Program-made: the position numbers and the translations under genes
Origin: the human T2T-CHM13v2.0 reference genome, Homo sapiens
NCBI RefSeq assembly: GCF_009914755.1
Contig: NC_060929.1
DNA: 64,000 nt
Direction: 5' to 3' (one strand)
The notes under the pieces: generated by a model
Told to the model about the DNA's origin: nothing
The model's database searches: none
The model's input: only the letters and a program-made list of their open reading frames with translations
Shown: one piece after another, positions 31,265-42,500 of the stretch
Position numbering within the stretch: the first letter of the stretch is position 1
Layout: the number at the start of each line of letters is the position of its first letter

Positions 31265-31440
31265 AATCCCAGATTCCCGACTTACTTGCTGAATTATCTT
31301 GACCAATTAATTATTCATTCCTCAGTTCTGTTATCTCCTAAAATGGGTAAAAAATAGTAACTAACTTGCAGGGATATTATGAGAAGAAATGAGTTATTGC
31401 GTGCAAAAACAGCCAGCACATAACAAACTCAAAATTAGTA
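31265..31440 (+). mobile_element. MIR
   Basis: aatcccagattcc.acttacttgctgaattatcttga...ctcagttctgttatctcctaaaatggg. Confidence 0.7.
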
Positions 31441-31547
31441 TTAGTATTATTTTTAATATCATTAGTTCATCATTGCTTTTTTAGACATCGGATTATATAA
31501 TATTGAACAAATAAAGTTTATGCCTTTACATAGCTTATACTCGAGTG

Positions 31548-31760
31548 CAGGGCAAACTGTGACCCTTTGACCTAGCCTGCTGCCCAAATTTTGAAAGGAA
31601 AGCTTTGTTTGAACACAGCTAGCCTATTCCTTTACATTTTATCTATAGCTGCTTTTTTGCTGCAAAGGCAAAATCGAGTAGTTGCTACATAGATGGTATA
31701 TCCTGAAAAGTAGAAAATACTTGCGATTTTTCTCTTAACAGAAAGTTAGCTGACTTCTCT
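31548..31760. mobile_element. MER58A (hAT-Charlie)
   Basis: cagggcaaact...gaacacagc...tctatagctgctttt...gagtagttgc...ttaacagaaagttagctgac. Confidence 0.8.
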
Positions 31761-31789
31761 TTTTGTGAAAATAGATATACTTTCTTTAG

Positions 31790-32015
31790 GAGATAGCCTA
31801 GGTATTGGAAATTCTACTGGAGCCAGGGAGATCTGGGTTAGATCTAGCTTTCCTATTAAACTAACTTCTTGCATGGTTTTAGCATATGTCTCTTAATCTT
31901 TCCTAAACATCAGTTTCCTTGATACCAAAATGGGCTTAATGTCTATCTCAACTTTTTTATATGATTAAAGAATAAAATGTATATAAAGTGCCTGAAAATT
32001 TTGGTGCTATAAAAA
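31790..32015 (+). mobile_element. MIR/MIR3 fragment
   Basis: actggagccagggagatctgggtt...catcagtttccttgataccaaaatggg. Confidence 0.6.
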
Positions 32016-34939
32016 ATGTTTCTCTTTCCTTTTGGACAATAATGGGTTTCTTTTATATTGATAGTATAAGTATTAATATTTATTACAACTGTACAGCTAC
32101 ATAAAACCAATTTAGACTAGAAGTCAAAGTAATCATAGTCTATAATAAAATAAGATTCAGTAGAAAAATAATAGACTTTGATTGAAGTAAGTACAAAGAA
32201 GAGATATAAGTTAAACTTCTCCACTTTCCATGCTAGAGCGATTTGCATTTTACCGTCACAGTCTTGGTTTAAATTTGTCATAGTTAAGCTATAGGTTTAA
32301 ACCCTTTATATGCTAATGATTTTCTATTTCTAATTAGGTTTCCAAGGTTCTTTTAGTATGAAAATCAACTGAAAATACTGTGTAAACTAAATTACTTAGA
32401 AAGGAGAATAATCTTGCTCTATAGGAAGGAAATAATTTGTTATGTTTTTTTAAGGTGCCTCTTTAATAATAGCTTAAAACAATAGATCTATGAAAGTTTG
32501 TTTTTTTCACAGTAGTTAACTAGTCAGTAATGTTGCCGACAAAATTCCAATTTAAAAAATGACCTTTTAAAGATGCCATATAAAATTAAATTTTAATGAG
32601 TGATAATAAATGGTGATACTTTTCACAGGAGGAAACACAAAGCTTGCCTGGAGCCCTTGCTACATGCCATCCACTTTAACACTCTATTATTGTGTCTTCC
32701 CTTTCATTATTTTCAAGGGAAGATGATGGAAATGCAGCACCTTTGAAGAACCCAAAACAGTTTTAATATTGTGCTTACTAAAGGCGATCTTCATCGCTGG
32801 ATAATTAGGCAGATGGATCTCCATTGCTTTAGTGATGATTCTTTTGTAGAATGCTGCTCCATCCCTCCACAATGACAGTAAAAGATATTTAAGCATTCCT
32901 TTGATTATGTGACTGATTGAAAAATAAATCACCATGATTACGCTCCAAAAAAAAAAAAAAAAAAAGTGTTCGCACCAGATGGAAACTCTGCTACAGTTCT
33001 GGGGCGAGAGCAGAAGGTCTTCGCACTGGTCAGCTTTCAGGTGGAAAACATTTGGGAAACAGTCAAATTAATTCTAGGGGGGAGAAAAAGCATAAGAAGA
33101 AAGGGTAAAAAAATTGTGATGTGCCATTACACCTGCACGTGGCTTGTTGGCTTCCTTAACAAAATAGGAATGGTCACCAGTGCTTCTTAGGCCAATATTA
33201 CTTGTCTTTTATTAATCTTCCAGGTCACTCAAGTTTGTTATCCCATTCACTAAATAAGAACAATTTATTATAAAGTGCAGTAATCATGACAAACCTAATT
33301 ATTAATTTTTTTCAAGCTTAAATTTCAAAAAATTGTGAAGCTTCTGCTTTTTATGATGACTCTTACTCTACCCTTTTTGCCCTGAGGATCCTATTAGTGG
33401 AGAGCTGAGCAATTCAGTTTCATCAGAAATGAATTATGCCTCCGTTTTTAAAATATAAATACTAAAGGACTGTAAAGATTAGAACTTTGTTTGAACCTCC
33501 ATCACTTGATGTTTTCTTCCTCAGCGTATAGAGCTTTTGGTGTTAACGTAAAACATCACATTCTTCTGAAAGTTCAGAGCCAGGTCTCCTTAAAGGAATG
33601 CCAGCCAGAATTGGGAGGGACGCACAAAATGAAATGTGTTACCTTCTGGGGTGAGATGTGGAGGGGATGTTTGGTGCCTCAGAAGCTGTTCCCAAGATGA
33701 GCTATTTGTATAATACAAAGTGGGGAGGTGACTATGTTAGTCACCTTCTGTTTCAAAATGATTAGAAAACAGCAATTCTCAAGAAACAGGGGGTGAATTT
33801 TTACTTCTCTCGCCAAGAGTCTGGGCGTAAATGACACCTTTAATTACTAAGGCCTGTTGGTACCACTCTGGTAACAAGCTGGTATAAATGAAAATTCTGA
33901 TTGCCTCCAAATCAAGTATTTCATATAAATGCATTTTTGTCTTAAGTACAGTTGTTAGTGCAGCTTTCATTATTTTTCTTTGTCAACATATGATAGAAGG
34001 AAGTGATGCTGCCAACTTGTTATTTCACTGCTGTTTTATCGTCTGTTTTGCCCAGTGGCTGAAGAGCCAGTGTGTTTTGGCCAGCCATAACTTGTTATTC
34101 TAATAGCAGTGAGGCCCCACGAGGGTGCTCAACTTTGACTTCAATAAAATTGCAATTAGAAAAAGAGGTAACTCTCCAGTGCTTAACAAACCTCAATGTT
34201 TACTTATTTTTCAGAATTCTATCAAAATGCACTGGATATCAAACCATTCTCTTTTGATTTCTGACTTTTTAAAAGTATTCCAAATAAATAGAATCCATTT
34301 CTCAGACGCACATGCTTCGATGCGTAAATTAACTCTTTGGGATCTGAGAATTTAATTTCACTATTTCTCTGTTATACCCACCCTCTCCTTTCCCTCATTT
34401 CACTAGATGAGCATATATGCCTAACTTGCAAAGTTCCCAGTATCCATTTTGCTCGGTACATATTGAATTTGGCTGCCTGATTGTTTCTCCTAAATTAACG
34501 TAGATGTATTTAGGGATGAGACAATTAAAGAAATAAGAGTAAATGGGAGAGGGGGTTGACATAAGTAAATAACAGGAAAGGGAAAATTGGTTCATGTGTT
34601 CTTTTTTCCAGTGTATTTAAAGAAATTTTTTTAAATTCCAAAATGAAATATAGATCCAAATACTGTATTTAACTCAAAATCTAAAGACAGATGGATTCTG
34701 AAGAAAAAGGGAGCAGTCTAGGTTTCCTGAACAGATGTGTCCCGATCTACTTTGGTCTACAACTGGTAAAGTGGATGGTTAATGATAGCAAACATTAAAA
34801 CAATTTTCAACAACTCGTCAAAGATTTTTTTTTTTTAAGCAAAGCTGCCATTCAGCAGCTAATTTGAATTATATTCTGCATTAAGTTACAACTGGTAGGT
34901 ACATGAACAATGAACACTTCTTGCTTTTTCTTCCTTTAG

Positions 34940-34985
34940 AAATGATGAGTGAATGAAGGCGGGAGTTACTGGAAGGAAGGTAAGG
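34940..34985 (+). other. Candidate non-coding or poison cassette exon (40 or 46 nt)
   Basis: Acceptor cttcttgctttttcttcctttag|A; donors AAG|gtaagg (after 34979) and AGG|gtaagt (after 34985); purine-rich body; stop codons in all three frames. Confidence 0.4.
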
Positions 34986-35759
34986 GTAAGTCGTATCATA
35001 TTTATTTCTTCCTTTTGAAGCATGTGGAATAATATATTGTATAAAACTTGTTCAGAAACTCTCAGGGGGCTTGTGTCACAGGTAAATTAGACAAATTTAG
35101 TTTTTCAGGGCAAAATGAAGTGTTTGTTTTAGCTGTGCTGCACAGAAATAAACTACCTGACATGTTGAGACCCGTCTTTTCTGCATGACAACTACCATAC
35201 TGTTCAATATTGTTTAAGTAGCTCATGGCCCAAGTGGCAAGAGAAACTCTGGGTGAATTTCTGTTTTAGAATTGTGAGTTTCACCTCTCTATGTAATTAG
35301 TATTCTTATTATTAAAATCCAGTACTGCAAAAGCAGTGCTTAAAATTACAGCGGTATCAAGCTAGGCGTCTGAATGTGACCCATATTTAAGTTCAGGCAT
35401 AAAAGATCATAGACTAGAGTTAATTCTACTGTAGTTGTGTTTTTTCATTCTAGCATCATTTTGTTATTGCTTTTTGGTGAAGTTTAAATGTATTTGACTT
35501 TATGGAAAAAAATGAAACACTTGTTAGATTATAACCAATCATGTAATATTTTAAAGATACATAGTATTCTGACTGATGATTTTGAAGTTATATAGCACAG
35601 TTTACTTCTGAAAGTGTAATAGATAGGCATTCAGATTCATTTTCTAATTGAGCCAAAGAGTTTTCAGAAATTTCCTGAAGCCACTCGAGCATAAATAAAT
35701 AACAAAGTCAGAACACATAATGTTTTCATGTGTAATAAATAAGACCAGTAACTCCTTTA

Positions 35760-35878
35760 AAAGGAAACAGAAGGAAAAAAGGAAGGAATGGAGGAAGAGA
35801 GGGGAAAAGGAAGGAAGGAGGCAGGGAGAGAGAAAGGTGGAAGGAAGAAGTGAAGGCAGGCAGGCAGGAAGGAAGAAG
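35760..35878. repeat. GA-rich / (GGAA)n-like low-complexity tract
   Basis: Read directly from the sequence. Confidence 0.85.
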
Positions 35879-35936
35879 TGTGCTTGTATTGTAGACTTAT
35901 TGTTCCTACATGTGTAGAAAATTTACATTTGAGAAA

Positions 35937-37593
35937 TGCCTTAGTCTGTTCAGGGTGCTGTAACAAAAATACCATAGAATAGGTGGCTTTAACAACACAC
36001 ATTTATTTTTCTTTTTAAAAATTTTGTTATTATTATACTTTAAATTCTGGGATACATGCGCAGAACTTGCAGGTTTGTTACATAGGTATACATGTGCCAT
36101 GGTGGTTTGATGCACCCACCAATCCATCATCTACAGTAGGTATTTCTCCTAATGTTTTCTCTCCCCTAGTCTTCCACCCCTCAGTAGGTCCCGGTATGTT
36201 ATGTTCCCCTCCCTGTGTCCATGTATTCTCATTGTTCAACTCCCACTTATGAGTGAGAAACTGCAGTGTTTGGTTTTCTCTTCCTGTGTTAGTTTGCTGA
36301 GAAAGATGGTTTCCAGCTTCATCCATGTCCCTGCAAAGGACATGAACTCATTCTTTTTATGGCTGCATAGTATTCCATGGTGTATATGTGCCACATTTTC
36401 TTTATCCAGTCTATCATTGATGGGTTGGTCCCAAGTCTTTCCTATTGTGGATAGTGCTGTAATAAACATAGGTGTTAATGCGTCTTTATAGTAGAATGAT
36501 TTATAATCCTTTGAGTATATAACTAGTAATGGGATTGCTGGGTCAAATGGTGTTTCTGGTTCTAGATCCTTGAGGAATCGCCACACTGTCTTCCATAATG
36601 GTTGAACTAATTTACACTCCCACCAACAGTGTAAAAGCGTTCCTATTTCTCCACAGCCTTGCCAGCATCTGTTGTTTTCTGATTTTTTAATGATCGCCAG
36701 TCTAACTGGTGTGAGATGGTATCTCATTGTGGTTTTGATTTGCTTTTCTCTAATGACCAGCGATGATGAGCTTTTTTTAATATGTTTTTTGGCCACATAG
36801 ATGCCTTCTTTTGAGAAGTGTCTGTTCATATCCTTTGCTTACTTTTTGATGGGGTTGTTTTTTTCTTGTAAATTTGTTTAAGTTCCTTGTAGACTCTGGA
36901 TATTAGCCCTTTGTCAGATGGATAGATTGCAAAAACTTTTTCCCATTCTGTAGGTTGCCTGTTCACTCTGATGATAGTTTCCTTTGCTGTGCAGAAGCTT
37001 TTTAGTTTAATTAGACCACATTTGTCAATTCTGGTTTTTGTTGCCATTGCTTTTGGTGTATTAGTCATGAAGTCTTTGCCCGTGCCTATGTCCTGAAAGG
37101 TATTGCCTTGGTTTTCTTCTAGAGTTTTTATGGTTTTAGGTCTTATGTTTAAGTCTTTAACCCATCTTGACTTAATTTTTGTATAAGGTGTAAGGAAGGG
37201 GTATAGTTTCAGTTTTCTGCATATGGCTAGCCAGTTTTCCCAACACCATTTGTTAAATAGGGAATCCTTTCCCTGTTGCTTGTTTTTGTCAGGTTTGTCA
37301 AAGATCAGATGGTTACAGTTCTAGAGTCTAGGAAGTTCAAGATCAAGGTACCAACAGATTTGGTGTGTGACGAGGGCCTGCTTCCTTGTTCATAGACAAT
37401 GATCTTGCTGTATCCTCATATGGCCAAAGGAACAAAGGAGCTATCTGCCCTCGTTTATAAGGGTACTATTTCCCTTCAGGAGGGCTCTGTCATCATGACC
37501 AAATCACCTTCCAAGGGCCCATCTTCAAATACCATCACATTTGGCATTAGGTTTTAACAAACAAATTTTTGGAGGATATAAATTCAGCTAGCA
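35937..37593 (-). mobile_element. MaLR solo LTR (MLT1A0/MSTD-like) split by an L1PA insertion
   Basis: tgccttagtctgttcagggtgctgtaacaaaaatacc...atttattt, L1, then acagttctagagtctaggaagttcaagatcaagg...aaataccatcacatttgg. Confidence 0.85.
36011..37313 (-). mobile_element. 5'-truncated L1PA7/8-like element, about 1.3 kb
   Basis: L1PA 3' UTR plus ORF2p C-terminus ([35 protein letters not shown]) in ORF 36236-36829. Confidence 0.96.
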
Positions 37594-38164
37594 TAATGTT
37601 TAAATTCGAATAAACTTAAAAGTAGTATTTCTTTATCTTTGATTATCGACACCTGATTGACTCTTGCTTGTTCACCACTCAGCAGAACATTGAAGGTTTG
37701 GGGGCAATAGGGGTTGCCCAATGAGTGAGATTCTGAGCCTTCCTTTATCTGCAAACAATTCAGCTCCACATGAGCTTTGCATACTCGGCTTTTATCTAAA
37801 AATTTGTTTCAAGAAATAGAGAACTAATACAGCAATATTTTAACACTTGTTAACTCTAGCTGGTGGGATACATGAGTATCTGTAATACCTATTATTCTGC
37901 TTTTCTCTAGTTTTGAAATATTTCTTAATTAAAAATTAATGTTTCAAAAACTATTTTTGAAATGGCTCCATATGTTTAAAAAATTCATTTAACTTTATTG
38001 CTGTTTCAGGTCACCCACAAATTAATTGAGAATGAGTGAAATTAATAATGCTTCATCTAGTGGATTATTTTAATGATGTTCAGGGTTTTGAATGGATGTG
38101 GGAATGGTGGGAAATTGTCATTGTTATAGCCACACTCTAATACCAAACATACAGAGGGATCTAT

Positions 38165-38330
38165 TGTGCTGTTCCTTCCAAGATTTCTGGTCTATTCTTC
38201 CTCCAAGATAATAGAATTTTTAGACAGGCAAATGAGCAGTCAGAAAAGGTCTATATTTTCAACGTCCTTTATTTTATTTTTTACAGCAAGTTGTGACCAT
38301 GTAACTGAGTTTAGCTCAGTGGTACATATT
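38165..38330. mobile_element. Old ERVL LTR fragment (LTR33/LTR16-like)
   Basis: gcaagttgtgaccatgtaactgagtttagctcagtgg resembles the gcagctag.tgtggccatgtgactaagttctggccaatg motif. Confidence 0.45.
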
Positions 38331-39432
38331 TGTAGTATCAGGAGGTGCCTTCTAGGACCCTACCCTAGGAGATAGCTGCTTCACACCTTTGCCCTTTTCA
38401 GAGAAGAAAGTCCCATCTAGCAATGCAGAGGACATTCCACTGTTTCTGATACTGTCAAGTTCCTGAATATCCTTTCTGAAATACAGATGTACTGTCTGAG
38501 ACTCAGTCTTAGAATATTAAATGAGACCCATTCGTTAAGGAAGGGAAAACTGAACATTTTGGGTTTGTGTTATTTGTAAGATGAAAAAGAACTGATTTAT
38601 GTGCTGTTTTAATTGGTTGTATATGAAAGAGTGAAATTTCAGCTAAGATGTACAGGAAAGTTTGCAAACTGGTAAATCTCATATCTATCTGGCCCACAGA
38701 TTTTTTTTAAATGAAGAGATTTTTATCTAAATATTTAGATTTGGAGCTTCTCTTGGAAAAAAAAATAGTAACTGTAGCAACACTGAGTGCACACACTCAC
38801 GTGGCTCACACACTGTGAAAGTAAGAAGCAGCAGAGCCATCTAGAAATGGCAGGATACTTCAGGTTCCCACAGTCTCCATCATCCCCAACGTCTCTTGCT
38901 TGCCTCATTTTACTCATTTACTTTACCCAAACTTCTGGATGCAGATAGATGTCAGCTAGACCTCTTTTAGACGCAAGCTGCCCCTTGAATTCCAGAAAAG
39001 AAAAAAACTGTTATGATCTCAACTGCAGTTCCACATTCTATGAAGGATCAATGTTTCCAATGAGATTTCTGCAAATCCCTAATGGGATCTAGGTTGGTAT
39101 GAGATACCTTCCTGCAGTCTCTGCTCTTTACCATGTCAACACAGACAGGAAACTCATTCCCTTTTTTCATATCCAGTCACTCACTCATGCAAGAGTAGTC
39201 ATCTGTACAGCAGTGCTGATAATAGCACAGTTAATCACATATTAGGCCTTGCCTCTCAAAAGGCTCATTTTTTTTTAATTAGGCTTTAAAGTTCTCCAAA
39301 AGCTTTCTTGCTCTCCTAAGGTGTATCTCTCTTGGCGCTCCTGCCATAGAAGTTTTACATTCTTTCCTGTCGTCTCTTTCTGCAACTCCTTCTTCTCCTT
39401 TGTATTTCTTCATCTGCCTTCTCCGTTTTTAA

Positions 39433-39513
39433 TACACACACATGCGTGCGCACACACAGACATGCACACGTACACACATGCACACACACACACACAGACA
39501 CACACACACACGC
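39433..39513. repeat. Imperfect (CA)n / alternating purine-pyrimidine tract
   Basis: Read directly from the sequence. Confidence 0.9.
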
Positions 39514-42500
39514 TTTTTTTTTCTTTGGGCCCTTTTCCCACCTAGACCAAGCCTTTTCGCTTCTTACTATCAGCTTCAGAGCTCTCAAAGTCTCCCCTTT
39601 TATTTCTACCTATTGTTATTATTCTGTGTGCATGTTTATTTTCTGCAAACAAGTTGTGCCAATTCTATAATGAATGCTAGAAGCAGTTTTCTAGATGGCA
39701 TATGTATTTTTTCTGCTTACCTCATAAAATACAAAGCCTGTGGCCTCCCTTTCCTACACCACTAGTTACATGTAGGGATTATGTATGTGAGTAGCCACCA
39801 GCACATGTGATGAAATTTAAAGAAAGCTTTGAATTTCTGCTAAAGGGACTCACAGAGGAAAGCCTAAGTTTATGCAATAAGTCAGACAGGCCATGGAACA
39901 GAGTATGCGGGAAGCCACAAGTGGTTCTCTTCTGCCTGTGGTGTTTGTTGAGAGGAAAACCATAGGACATCCGAGAAAGATGTAGAAACTGTACAAATGT
40001 TTTGTAAGAGAGTTTGAAACCTGAGGAAATACTGCAGTGAATGCTAGATATAAATAGCTTCGCTTATGATATTGTGAAGATGGAATTTCTTATTCTGTTT
40101 TTGCAGCAATGATTGAATTTTCTTAATCTCCTCTTAATCTCTTATCTCTCAAAATGTCCCTTCTTTCCAGCTAAGGAGGCGGCCTCTATATAGGACTATA
40201 TTCAAGTGTAGCCAAGGAATGGTATATTGGAGAATTTTGGCAAGTTCGTTTGTCTGATTTAGCTAAAAGCACCTGGGCTCTGTCTTTTTGAAACCTAGCA
40301 TAATGTGAGGCATGCCAATTTAAACCCATTTCAATCTCCACAGTGTTCTTCTCGGAGCTAAGATAATGAAATATGTTCCATGTGAGTCTCCCTACACAAC
40401 AAAACAATCTAATCAGATAGTAAATTAAGTAGTATATTGTAAATTGTGTAACATGGGATGCCAATATGAGACATGGCCACCACGCATAATTAGCCTGGAG
40501 TAAACACTAAGAGAGTCTACAACCTCAATTCAGATACTTTAGGGGGCAGAAAGAAGCAGAAGGGTTTTTAAAAGGGTATATTTTGGCTGACATTAATATG
40601 TCAAAGCTGAAAATTCACATCCTATTGTCTAAAGACATTTAAGTAATATTTTGCTGGAATATCAGTTTCTGGATGATTTCACCCAAGGTCTGAATTTAAT
40701 AAGAATTTTATAAAATACCTAAATAGTATATATAATAGCTGATAATTTATGTGCCCCCACGAATTACCAATATAGAGATCATCCTATTAACCTGCAAATA
40801 TTCCAGAAAATTTGAGAGGGTAACATTAACAAAACCTTAGGGTTTTGTGATGTTCATTATAGCTTGAGTGGATATTCTCTTTCCTTTCTTCTGTCCTACC
40901 TTTCTTCCCACTTTCTTCTTCATTCCTTTCAAAATTCCATGATTAATGCTTACTCTATCTTAAAAAAAAACACAAGAAAGAACTTGCTGATATGTATTGA
41001 TACTTTTCTGCTCTTCTAAGATAATTTTTCATGTCCTATAGTCATGTTTTCTTTGCCAGAACAGCTTTTTGCTAGAATGTGGACACAAAGTAGTGTGTTT
41101 GGGGTTTTTTTGCATGTAGCTGGAATGAATACTTGCTGACATCTATAATCCCGAAATTAGAAATTGTTTCCAAATATTATAAAGTCTGATGTTGCTTCTA
41201 GCATGAAACACCTTCAATAATTTATGCCCTGTTTTTATTATTTTGTAACAGAATATATATAAATTCAGAGTCTGAGAGGTTTTCTGATAATTGATGTTAT
41301 GACTTGATTAGTTCACCTGGATTCATTACCCTACCTTTTAAGTTCCTATTACCATAGGGATAATTCCCAGGTGCTTTATTAAAAAATAAAATAAAATCAT
41401 TATGTTGGCCACAAATTCTAACATCTCTGTGCCCAGTGGTATCTATCTGGTTTGATTCCCTTACATTTTCTTTGTGTTATTCCAGAAGTAATTCAGTAGA
41501 CCCTCCCGCTTCCATTGTTGACTTTCAGATTACTCATGAACTTGTTCTGTATACATTGAATAAATATTAGAGTGACAGATTCTAAATTCTAGCCAAAACT
41601 TTTTTTAAGCTCTACCTCTGGCATCTAATAATTTAAAAAATATACATAAATAAGTATCTAATTCTAAACTAATATTTAACTTTGTTAAATGTATTTCTTT
41701 GCGTTGATTTTTCTTTTCTCCCTAACTTTTTGAATACATAAGAAATAATGGCCAAAACTTTACCATAACCAAAACCTGCTTTTGAGGAATTTGGGGAAGA
41801 GTAAGAGGAGGAATTTATTGAAATTCTGTCTTAACAATTATTGTGCTGATACACTATCAAGAGGCATATATAATTCATATGCTGGAGCCTTACTAATCCA
41901 CTATTCTCAAGATGCATACTACAAGACTGAAATGTATTCATAGCAAGCTCCTTCCAGTACCTTGGATAATAGACCTTACAGACATAGTCCAATAGAGACT
42001 CCTTCTGCTGAATTTTCTATTTAAAAGATTTTGTAATGCTGGAGCTCCAATGTAGTTTGAACATATTTTTCCTATTAATAAAATATTTCTGCCTTCTCCC
42101 AGATAGCTACTAGTCTTTGTTAACTCAAGCTGATACAATAGATATAGAAAACACATTTTGATATGCTCCACCCAGTTAGAATTCATTAATTAGCAGACAA
42201 TTTTAATCCAAATATGATGATATAAGAAAGAACTTCAACAATTTACCAATGTCTTTAAACCATATCATAGGCAGTAACTTGTGAATCCTCTGATGTAGGA
42301 AACAGTTCAGAATTACGATATATAAAACAATAGATATTTTGTATTTTTTCCAAATCTGCATAATAAAATAAATCCCCTCAAATTCAACATGCCCCCAACG
42401 TCGGGCTCTTTAAGTTTAGGAAGCTCTTTAAAGTTGGCAGGTATAAATCTGATCTGTTAAAATAAGTTATAAGATTGCACCATTTTTCAGGAAAGTGTTA

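Noticed and set aside
33726-33746. Inverted repeat aggtgacta-tgt-tagtcacct
   Set aside because: A 9-bp stem is expected by chance in 64 kb; no supporting context
36236-36829. Longest ORF (197 aa, minus strand)
   Set aside because: C-terminus of L1 ORF2p in a 5'-truncated L1PA; not a host gene
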